Below, piece after piece: positions 37,173 to 47,779 of a stretch of DNA of 64,000 bases (position 1 is the first letter of the stretch; the number at the start of each line of letters is the position of its first letter). The DNA lies in the NCBI RefSeq assembly GCF_036321535.1, contig NC_087437.1:33916001-33980000 (forward strand). The letters run 5' to 3'. This DNA comes from Camelus dromedarius. Taxonomy: Eukaryota. Both the position numbers and the translations under genes were made by a program. The notes below the pieces were generated by a model, which had not been told where the DNA came from, made no database searches, and was given only the letters and a program-made list of their open reading frames with translations.

Positions 37173-38783
37173 TATATGTACACTTCACTTCTATTTTAGC
37201 AGATAATACTTACATTCCATTTATCAGAGTGATATAAAATTTCCTCTTTGAATGAATTTAATTTAAAAACAAGTTGATTCAAAGAAAAATGCTATGTAAA
37301 TAGGAGTAGAGGCGGAATATCGTATGGCAAAATCCTGGAGGTGGTAGCCAAGTGATTGTGACTTGCTCCAACAGCCTAGGACCAGATCCTGCCCCTTGGG
37401 CCCACCTGTCATCTCAGGCCAACCCCGCCACCCTCCAGCACTATGCCCAGATCCTACCTGAGGGAGAGCCTGGCTCCTCCACTGAGCACGGGGGAGGGAT
37501 TTGAGCCATACACCTATGCTCAGGCTGCGGAATGTGGCTGTAATTCACTGAAGTTACTTTAAGAGAGTGAAAAGAGACTCCTAGGAAATAGACTTACCAT
37601 AGGTATTGGAATCACACGGACTTACTTCTCTTTAAATAACAGCATACTCAGGGGTGTCTGGGTTTTGTTTTTGTTTTGGTTTTAACCCAAGAAGTAAGAA
37701 AGGAGGGGAAAAGAGGCTTTTAGTCTCTGTTGCTGGGCAATTTATATCCTGATCATGGCTATCTAAACACTAAACACTCAGTTTCACTGATTATCAAACC
37801 AAAGAATGGTCCACTTTGATTTTTCATAATAGATTTATTGTTGAAATAAATAGTTGAAAATAACTATGAATAACTTGAAGCAAAATGTATTTCATTGAGA
37901 AAGTACGGAAGGAGCTGATTTCCTTCTTCCAGAAGAGGGAAAGTGAAGAGGGAGGAGGGAAAAATGGTTCGGTCTCCCCTGGGGAGGCTCCATGCTTTTG
38001 TGCTCCCTCTCCCCGGCGGCTGCAGGGGCTCTGTGTTCATCATGCTTCCAGCTCCCGCTTCTGCACCTGACCCAGCCCTTGGACTGCTAGGCGCTGTGCA
38101 CACTTCCCCCACAGCCAGGCACAGAACCCGCTGATTTACTCGGAGCTTATTCTTGAAGGTTACTGCGAGTCACTGACCAGATGCAACAGAGCACAAGGTC
38201 ACAGTTACATGGCTCCACTCCTTGACTGCTTTTGCAAACATGATTTTAAAGATTTTAATGTAGGTGTAATTGAGAAGATAAATTGAACATGTATGCATAT
38301 CTTAATTAAGGTATCCTTCAGAGTCAGCAAATAACCACATCGTATTAAGCATCAATGAACCTGTTACAGTATAATAAAATGGAAAATTCTTATAATAAAA
38401 GATTATTTATAGGCCTTAGTTATTTGTATAATTTTAAAAACATAATCAGTAACAATTAGCAAAATTGATAATATTGGAGAGGCAGCTGTTTCCACTCACA
38501 AACAATACTAGCAATAATTCTATATAGTAATGTCAATTGAAAGCTAAACCTCTTCCAGGCTCTTTGTTTACCCATGTGGGTGTTTTTGTTTTTTGGATCA
38601 TTGCTGCATATTTTATAAGAACTATTTCCTGGTATTCATAAAAGTTACTGACATCATACATTCTGAATTTATTCATGGATTAGAATAAAATTATAAGGAT
38701 AACCAGTCCTGTATCCTCTCTCCAAGCAGATGCAGTGATCAGAAAGCCAAATGTACTTAGGAAGTAGAATCACTGGGACTTGG

Positions 38784-39169
38784 TGTATTAAGTCAGATTC
38801 CCTAGAAGCAGAGCCTGAGACAGGGATTTGGATGCAGGTGGCTTATTAAGGATAAGCCTATAAGGAAGTGAGGGAAGCAGGGATGGGGCTGGGGAAATGC
38901 CAAGTAGGATGTGGCTCAGATGGCCTGATGAAGGCGGAGGGATAAGTTGCGCTGTAGAGGATAGCTGTGAGCCTTCATAGCCAATACTCACAGCAGCGGG
39001 GTGCGTAGGGAGGGTTGTGTAGCGGCCAGAACCAGGGATCTGCATGGAGCACTGTCAGCACTAAGGACATCAACTGGTGACTGGAGGCGAGACACAGAGG
39101 GAGGGACAAAGGTGGCTCCCAGGTTTGTGGCAGGAACAAGTGAAGAGATTCTTGTATAGAACTGCAACA
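38784..39169 (-). mobile_element. LTR16-like ERVL solo LTR
   Basis: TGTATTAAGTCAGATTCCCTAGAAGCAGAGCCTGAGACAGGGATTTGGATGCAGGTG...GCAACA. Confidence 0.7.
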
Positions 39170-39501
39170 CTCCCCTCATAGTACCAAAAATCTAAGATTA
39201 CAGAAGAATTATGGCCAGATTCTTCATTTTACAAGTAAATAAAAATTTCCTTTAGCTTTTATTTTCTAGGTCAAAGTACCAATTTCATAGGATCAGTTTT
39301 CCATTCGAATATATATTAACTTTTTTTTTAAGTTTTCTTTTTTAGACCTCTTCCATTTATTCTGCTTCCTAATGAGAAATAAACCCAAACTGGTTCTAGG
39401 ACTCTAATAATTGAAGATTCACCTAGCTTCAATCCCAATATTATGTTAGCTTTTATGGAAAAAGTAGTCATGGGCTTTTCTTATGTATTCATCCTTTACT
39501 A

Positions 39502-39690
39502 CAGAAGTCATCAAACTGGGGTCTGTGGGCCAAATCCAGCCTGCAACATGGTTTTGTATGCCCTGAGAACTAAGAGCGTTTTTAAAGGTTTCCTTAGGGG
39601 AAAAAAAAAATAGGTAACATGTCTACATGGCTCACAAAGTTGAAAACATTTACTATTTAGCCGTTTACAGGAAAAATTTGCTGTCCCCTA
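39502..39690. mobile_element. MER58A-like hAT-Charlie MITE
   Basis: CAGAAGTCATCAAACT...GTGGGCCAAATCCAGCCTGC...CATTTACTATTTAGCCGTTTACAGGAAAAATTTGCTGTCCCCTA. Confidence 0.8.
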
Positions 39691-39989
39691 CTTCTGTTTA
39701 TTATGACCTCAAACTTTTTTTCAAAAGTGTGCTGGCTCAATCTATATTTTGAAATAAAATTTGATATTCAAAAACTTTAATAGGTGATTTAATGGAACCA
39801 TAAAAATTACTGGTTTTATAAAAGGATTCATCACAGAGTTTATATAAATTCTCTCTCACCTGAACAATGATTTTAATGGTATTCTTTAACAAATTCAGAA
39901 TCATTCATTTTAAGGAAAACAAATATCTGTAATTTGTTCTCTGCTTTGTAAAAATACTACCATCTACTTTGTGACAACTGTAAAGAAAC

Positions 39990-41790
39990 TGAAAAATAAA
40001 AATAGATACAAAGGTAAAAAAAAAAATCACCTGCGATCTTGCCATCCCTAGTTAACCACTCTTAACATTTGGCTACATCTTTTTCAAGGTGTATATCCAT
40101 TTACTTTTTTAAAATGTGGATCACATTGTGTGTATAACAGTATGCCCTCTTTTATTCATTTAATGTTATAATTTTCAAAAGCATCTGATTTGACTGCATT
40201 TATTCCACAGAATGAATATGTCACAATTTATTTAAACATCTTCCCATTTCTTGACATTTAGGATGGAGCTAATTTTTCACTATTGTAAATGCCACAGTGA
40301 GCCTCTTTATGCATAAATCTAGATCCTCATTTCTGTGTCCTTAGGCTACATTTTTTAAAGAGTAACTATTGTCTCTCCTCCTATTCTGTTCCTTGTCTTC
40401 CTTACAAACACACTCTTCTTCTCCTCCATCTGTAAACAACGGAGTTCCTCGGGGCTAGATACCTGGCCTTCTCTTCTCACTCTCTATATTTGTCTCCAGA
40501 TGATGTCACCTATACCCAAGCTTTCAAATACCATCTCTATGCTGTGACTCCCATAGACTTACATCACCAGCCCCAGATCATTTTTCTAAGCTCCAGACCT
40601 ACATACCCAAACAATTTCTAGTCATCTCCACTTATGTGTCTCATACCATTTCAAACAGAAAATGCCCAAAAAGGACTCAATATTTTCCATCTTTCTGCTC
40701 CCATGCCAAAACTCCCTCCTCTTAATTGCCCATTTCAGTAAAGAGACATCACCTTTCCACTAAATTCCCTATGATAACAACCTGGAAACCATCAGTGACA
40801 TCTCTCTCTCCCTCCCCACCCCCATCTATTCTGTCACCAGGTCCTGCTGATTCTACCATCTTAATGTATCTTTAATATTTCCGTTTCACTCCATCTCCCC
40901 AACTCTCATCCAAGCCATATTCATCTCTTTCCTGGACTACTATATTTGCTACCTAACTGGTCTCTCTATAGCCTGCTCTGTCCTCTCCCCATGCAGTTCC
41001 CCACCGTGGAGAAAGTTTCTAAAATGTCAGTCTGCTTTCACAGCCCTTAAAGTGGCTGTTAAGATGAGGATCTTAAATGGCAACCTCTGCCCCCCCCCTT
41101 CCACCTTCATTTTGCTGCCACTTTTCCTGGACTCTTTTGCTCCAACCTAGTGGTTTTCTTTCAGTAACTCACTTGTGCTGAGCTGCTTTCAGCCTCAAAA
41201 CCTTTGTTCCCAATGTTCCCTCTGCCTGTAACACCCTTCCCTCCCTCTTCAGCTGACCAACCCATTTCCTGAACCTCCCGGGACACACATGCTACCTCCA
41301 GGCTCTCTCAGCATCATATCTGTCTACCTTTGGGGTACTTACTACAAACTGTAATCTAAATTGTCACATATTTCTTTCCTCCATGATGTCTTTTTCTCCA
41401 CTACAGTGAAGTTCCATTTGGGGGGCAAGTTGTATTTGACTCTTTCACCTCTCTACCTCCCATCGCCTGGCATGTAACAGGTCTCAGTAAATGTTTGTTC
41501 AATTAACAGGCCATGGAGTATAAACTTTGGAATGATATTTAAAACATAATATCACATAGTATTTCAGAAAGTTTGTATCAACCAATTTATAAGCCCACCA
41601 AAAGGACATGAGCGTTCCTTCCATCACATCCATTCTGACATTGAGCATTGTAGTTCTAAATAATTTTAAAATACTTTTACAGGCAAAATATTACCTCATT
41701 ACTGTTGAAATTGCATTTCTTTGATTACTAGTAAAGTTGAACACTTTTAACAAACTGATAGCCTCTCATATATTTTCTGTGTTTTTTAAT
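39990..41790 (-). mobile_element. Old L1ME-like 3' region split by an L2 insertion
   Basis: L1 reverse motifs (CACAATTTATTTAAACATCTTCCCATT...GACATTTAGG; TTACCTCATTACTGTTGAAATTGCATTTCTTTGATTACTAGT) lie on both sides of 40371-41506. Confidence 0.6.
40371..41506 (+). mobile_element. L2 LINE 3' region (~1.1 kb)
   Basis: TACCATCTCTATGCTGTGACTCCCA...CTCCAGACCTACATACCCAAAC...GCCTGGCATGTAACAGGTCTCAGTAAATGTTTGTT, a typical L2 3' end. Confidence 0.8.
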
Positions 41791-41969
41791 TAAATTCATG
41801 ACACAATGCTTTTTATTGAACCATTTTGTTGCGATATTTTGGAAATTTATTTTGATTACTAAAGACCTATAAAACAATGCCACCAAATCTGCTCAACTTC
41901 ATCTGAAGGTTTGGACAGATCTGGGTGATGCTGCTCCACAGGTTCAGTCACTGCTGAGTCCCTTTCCGT

Positions 41970-42101
41970 GGGATGATCATATACTTTATTATGGAAACTG
42001 GGACACTTTTGAGAATGAAGGAGGGCACCATTAATAATTATGGCAGGACAACAGGTATAAAGCAGGACCAGCTTGTACCAGCCAAGTTGTATGGTCTCCC
42101 T
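41970..42101. mobile_element. MER94-like hAT-Blackjack MITE
   Basis: GGGATGATCATATAC...AAACTGGGACACTTTTGAGAATGAAGGAGGGCACCATTAATAATTA...GTATGGTCTCCCT, with inverted termini. Confidence 0.8.
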
Positions 42102-42474
42102 AACTCATTTCCATACAGACTTCAACTCCAGGGATATAGAGCTCAGAGCAGAGGCCCAAGTGGTAATTCAGGGGTAAACTGAGGGTAAACCTGCTTTTTG
42201 TTCTGAATTTTAATATGGATGGCTTTGTGCATGCTGTTTAGTGACTCAGTGGCTCACCCTGTTCCTTTCTGTTGCCCCTGCTGCCAGCTTCACTCATTTA
42301 CCTCACTTGCCTGAGGCTTGGAGCCATCTGACAACGTCATACAACTCCATGATGAGACCAGTGGTCCAAAGATCTCCAGGGACCGCCTTGCCCATAAATG
42401 CAAACCTGGTCAGAGGCAGAGCCAAGTCTCTTGGAAGAGTTATCTCCCATCCCACCATGCTGCTTCTTCACTTT

Positions 42475-42567
42475 TTTTTTTTTTTAATGGAGGTGCTGGA
42501 GATTGAACCCAGGACCTGGTACATGCTAGGCATGCGCTCTACCACCGAGCTATACCCGCCCCCTCTC
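42475..42567 (-). mobile_element. Short tRNA-Ala-derived SINE (Vic-1-like head + poly(A))
   Basis: Minus strand GGGGGCGGGTATAGCTCGGTGGTAGAGCGCATGCCTAGCATGTACCAGGTCCTGGGTTCAATCTCCAGCACCTCCATT(A)n. Perfect TSD CTTCTTCACTTT 42463-42474 / 42568-42579. Confidence 0.9.
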
Positions 42568-44784
42568 CTTCTTCACTTTCAAATGTATTCCTCCTGCTCA
42601 CATTGCATTGGCAAATGCCAGCAGCTATCTTCTAATTTTATAGTGCTTCCAAAGTTATGCCAAGAAGTGACCAGAACACATCAAAGTCCAAGGCACGCAA
42701 TTTCTGAGGCACTTGATCCTGTGTTGAGGAATGTGCATGTGGGCTTCAGTGCCCATCACTTGTGATGCTTCCCTGAGCTCATGCAGTGTGTCTGCAAACG
42801 TCCCCAGCTTTTCCTAAACATCCTTTTATGTACTTTATGCCCTTCAATAGAGCTCAAAAAATAAATTGAGAGTTGCTTACAGATTGCACTTTCAAGAATT
42901 GCTAAGCACTTAAGGAAAGCAGAACCTGATGACAGAAAACTTCTGGAAAAAGACCGGAGAGTTTAGACATGTTGAATTTGTGTCAGGGCCATCCAATCTG
43001 AGGTGTGACTTGATTAGGAGAAGAAGAGCAGCTCTCCTCTTCCAATCTTGTCAGCAGAGAACAAATTTCCTACCAGGGGAATTCCCAGTAGCACCCAGTT
43101 TACCGTTTTCCACTGAGCAACTACAGGGGGCGTCATTTACATTGCCATCTATGCGAAGGGTGCCAAATGGTCCCTCCCGGCAGGGACCTGTGGTGCAGGT
43201 CACAGGCCTCCTGGCACTGTTCAGGGCACGGTCTGTGCGGCCGTATGCTGAGGTCCTGACACCCTCCATGTGGCTTTTCTCCGATAAAGACGCTGCCCCT
43301 TTGCTGCCCTTCGAGCACACCAGTGCCCACAGACTTCAGGGTAATCTTCACTTCAAACATGCATTCACCTAGTTTCCCTAAGTGCTGTAGTATTTGTCAA
43401 GCCAAGTGTCCTGGTTTCAGGTTTAGAAAATAGGTCATTGGAGCTCTCTGTTAAGGGCTGAGTTTTGCCTAGATTTTGCCATTTCATTTTTATTGAGGAA
43501 AACGTAGGAAATAAATGCAGTCTCATGGTTTGCTAGAGATTCAAAACATTTCAGATGCTAATTTTTTAAAGAGGCCTTTTCACTAGAGTACAGCTCTATA
43601 AATGAAAGAAAGAAAAAAACTATTTTAGGACATATAAAATCCATCTCCAAGGTACCTACACAGACAGACTAATCAGTTAAGATCAACCCATTGGCTCCAC
43701 AGAAATATAGAAAAAATACCATGCATTCAACCTGCCTAATGGAGACAGACCTTGGTTTTAAATTAGGGGAGGAACAAACTTTGTATCTCACAAGAAGGAA
43801 AGTGATAAAATGATTCACACATTTCCGAAGGGTCTTTAAGCTAGAAGCAGCCTTTGAATTCATTCACTTACCCATTCATTTAATTTGTTCTTAATATTTT
43901 CTTAACACCATGATCATGCAGTCCAGCCCCCTTCATGAGGAAACTGAGGTCACAAAGGTGGTTAGAGACAGGGCTGGAAACGAAGCCCAGATGTTCTATG
44001 TCCAGGACACTTCGCCCCGCAGTGCTGTTAAATATTCCCTTGTAGTTACACTCAGGTGATGAAACAGGAGAGCATCTGTGGACCGCATGTGACTTGCATG
44101 TAATTCACGTAATAAAGATGAAATACAAACCCCTTTGCCAGCCATTTCTTTATTACTCTAAATGCCACAACTTAGAGAAGGTTCAGCGTTAGGGCTAATA
44201 ACTTCAGAATTGGTTTGGGAGTTTTGCAAATAAATCTTTTCCCCACCAATTCATACTCCTTACGATTTAAATATTTCAATCCTGTCTTTTCTCAAATGTT
44301 GCCTTTACAGATTAAAGTCCTATAAATAGCCCTGACCCTTAAGGAACATGATCTCATCCCTCCGCTTTGAGTATTATTCAGTTTCCTATCCATGTCAAAG
44401 TGAGTATCTCAATCTTAGGGTGGCTACCTTCTTAAAGGATTTGGTTTTGGGGAGTGGGAGGGGGAATTTAAGGCATGTAGTTAATAACAATGTGAAATTC
44501 ATTTTCTGAGGTGTCTACACTCTTCCTTTAGACAATGAAATGCCCCAGCGAGCAGACTGTTGCTGACCTGGTTGACAGCTGAGGTGGCTGACTGGAGCAC
44601 GTGTGAGCAGAGGGGAGCAGCTGCTCTTGCCAGCTGCCTTTTTCTCTGCATAGAAATAGGCACTGCCCAAGGAGCCTCTGCAGGGCAGGGGACGGAGAAC
44701 TGCTGCTGCAGCGAGACCCTTTCTGACATGTTCGCTTGGTCAGAATCCATCCATATGCATCTAGACCAAGAGGTACTAAGCTCT

Positions 44785-44985
44785 TGGCTCAGTGACTAAG
44801 AGCAAGGATTCTGACGCCTAGCTACCTTGGTTCAAATCCTGGCTCTGCCACCTGGCTTTCCAGCTCTGGACATTAGGCAGCTTTCTTCACTTCCCCGTCC
44901 TCAGCTTCTTCACCTATAGATAGAGATAATCGCTTCTTTATAGGGTTTTTGAGGATTAAACGAATTCAACGTTACTATTAATAAT
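44785..44985 (+). mobile_element. MIR SINE
   Basis: GGTTCAAATCCTGGCTCTGCCAC...CCTCAGCTTCTTCACCTATA...TAGGGTTTTTGAGGATTAAA. Confidence 0.8.
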
Positions 44986-44989
44986 TGCA

Positions 44990-45700
44990 GCAACAAATAT
45001 CAGTCAAGTTCTTATTCCATTCCAATTACTATGAACAAGATAGAAATGGCCCCTTCCTTCACGGAATTTAGAGTATTTTTTCACACTAGGAACTCTGACC
45101 TATTTAAGGGTTGTGATGTCAGTGGTGAAGTGTGAACACATTTTGTTTTAAATGAATTAGAATAGGATTTTACAAAATAAAGAGTTTTATGAAATTTTTT
45201 AATATTTTAAAAATATGTGAAGCCTGGGTCTTGCTGTAAAATGGATTCTTGACTCTACTCAAGAAGATAAGCAGTTAAACAGCAACCTCGATACAGCATG
45301 TGTGATAAGCGAAGTGAGCATCATGGGAGCATAGGAAAGTCACCTGATCCTCTTCGCTCAAATACAGAGAATCAGGGAGGCCTACCAGGAGGAAGTGACA
45401 TCGATGCTGAGACTTAAAGGACTGAGTAGAAATTAACCAAAAGAAGTTGGAGGAGGTTGGGCAGGAAGCAGTTCTTTTAAAGGCAGTGAGAAGCCATGGG
45501 AGGGGAAACGGGGGTTAATGAAGTCTGGAGAGACTTGCTTAGATTTGCATTGTAGAAAGGCACTCTGGCTGCTTGCAGAGATGGTAGGGAGACTTTAGTA
45601 ATTTCAGGACACAATGATCTAGACTAGGGTGGGGATAGTGGGAATTGAGAGGGACAGGACCCTGGAGATTGATTGGGGAAGGTGCTGGTCTGGGATGACA
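44990..45700 (-). mobile_element. Decayed L2 fragment with an internal hAT-Charlie-like MITE (~45075-45260)
   Basis: CCTTCCTTCACGGAATTTAGA...GGGAGGCCTACCAGGAGGAAGTGAC...TAGAAAGGCACTCTGGCTG. Confidence 0.55.
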
Positions 45701-46954
45701 CCCACCTGACTCACATGTCTGACATCTAATTTACAGAGGTTGCAGAGGACAAATCTAAGTCTGTAAGCCCCAAGCCCTTGACTTGGGGAACTGTTCCTGT
45801 AAACAGGAAGACAGGGCCTCTCAATCACTTTGCAAATCATCTCTCCATCCTGCTGGACATATCTGTAGACTGTTGCTGGCCGAGCAGTTGGCAGAGCTTC
45901 CTGTTCCAAAGTGGGATGGTTCTTGGCAGGAGATGGAAAGTTGGAAACAGAATGCAAACTGGGCTAGCCAGGCACCTTGCATGAAAAGAAAAGAAAAAAA
46001 GGAAACCTGGTACTTTCCCATCTGATCCAGAATATCTGGTCAGAAAATAATTTAAAAGGACAGATAATTCAAAGATGTTTCTATTTGGCTTTGAAATGCC
46101 ATGCATTTTTGGCAATGGATTTACCTTGCCAAATGTTTTCCTAAGGCCTCATTTTGCATTCCCTGAACACAGACCATCTGGGCAGCAGGGGGCTGAGCCA
46201 GAGCCCAGGAGGGAGTCTGGGTGGGTGGCTGAAGAGGTCCTGATGTTTGAAAATTGGACGGACACCACAACTCTCCCATATCACCCCAGCTGATCCACAC
46301 TTGTCTGTCTACCTGTGTCCTGCCACAGAGCAGGGAGCTTTTTCTGACCTAAGCCTTGCCAAGTCACTTGAAAAGCAGCTATCTAGTCCCCAGCACAGAA
46401 TGCTGTCTACCCACATCTCTGAACACTCACAGGGCCATCTCCACTCCACAGGGGGGCAGCCATCTGACCCAGGGCTCTGCAGCAACCTCAAAATCAAACC
46501 ATATTTGGAGCACGAGGCAGGCTGTTTACAGATGTTACCATAAAAGACATTTTAAGTTATAATCAGTCCTGTTTTACAGAAGAGCTGTTAAGAGGCCAGA
46601 CTAGAAGGCCCCCTTTCCTGTTATTCATTAGATAGCTGCTTCCAGGCAAGTTAAAAGATTAGTTTATCTCCCCTGGCTCGGGTCTACCTAAGAGAGCAAA
46701 GAGTTGCAGTTCACTGAAATCACTTAAACAAAGGGTCTCTCCCAGTTAGGACCTAGAAGAAATGTCAGGGTGACAGCCACTCCCTACTAAAGAATTCCAA
46801 GCATTCCTCTGTTCCTCCATCTGGAGGGTGCCAAGCCAGGGTAGTGGCCTGGTCCAGGCTAGAATTTAGTGGGAATAATCAGTAACAGGCCCAAATTTGA
46901 AAGTTCAGGGAAACTGGTTTTCTCCAAAGTGCGGTACAATTAAGCACTGATTTT

Positions 46955-47166
46955 CTTTTTCTTTTTAAAAATTTTTTCAGCTTTATTGAGGTATAACTGA
47001 CATCTAAGTTGTAAGATATTTAAAGTGTGCACCATGGTGATTTTATATTCTATATATAGAGAGAGATATATGTTGTGAAAGGATACCCCCCTCCATCTAG
47101 TTAACACATCCATCACCTCACTCACATATTTATCTTTCTTTGCATGTGGGAGACCATTTAAGTTCT
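46955..47166 (-). mobile_element. L1MA9/L1MA10-like 3' end
   Basis: T-rich tail followed by CAGCTTTATTGAGGTATAACTGAC...TTAACACATCCATCACCTCAC. Confidence 0.75.
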
Positions 47167-47779
47167 CAGTGCTGTTTTTCATAATCATGTCCTACTTCCC
47201 GGGGGTTGGGTAACAGCTCCTTCACAGGAAAGTCTTCATCCTTAAAAGGGGCTCTATATGACCCATATCCATTTTCCAGTAGTATCTTCCACTTCATGGA
47301 ACCTTGTTCCTAAAGAGGATGAGCTGCCAAACTAGGGCAGTCGCTGTGTTTTGAAAAAGCCAGCATTAGTTTCTTCAACTCAGTTTCCTGAAAATTTTAA
47401 GGAAGCCAAGCCAGCGCCTGTGACAGGAGCACGTGACCCGACACCCACCTTTTCCCCTCCTTTAATGTCCTCTTGATTGGAGGTGGCCAAAGGGGGCTTT
47501 GGAAGCCCGCCCAAACCTTGAGAACAGATTCCGCACCTCCATGCCAGACAGCAGTCCCATCTCATACTTCCTCCTCCATTCCTCATACACACACCTCTCA
47601 CAGGTCATCCTCAGCGTGCAGCCGGGAGGGGAAAGAAAACGTGAGCTAAAGCAACAGGTTCCACCCACAGCCTGAACTTGTAAGGGCAGACGGCCAGGCC
47701 AGGCGACTGGAGCTGGGCGGTGGAGGGAGAGGAAGCGGCCAAGAGGAAGGTGGAAGGGAAATGATGGTGCATGACCACC

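Noticed and set aside
42488..42563. Possible genuine tRNA-Ala gene
   Set aside because: It has a poly(A) tail and TSDs, an altered anticodon region and no oligo-T terminator, so it is a retroposed SINE.
42241..42765. 174-aa ORF
   Set aside because: Runs through the antisense SINE (poly-Phe from the T tract), starts at GTG, and has no recognisable homology or splice support.
43077..43086. Palindromic kB site GGGAATTCCC
   Set aside because: Isolated 10-mer, probably inside an old hAT-like remnant, with no other support.
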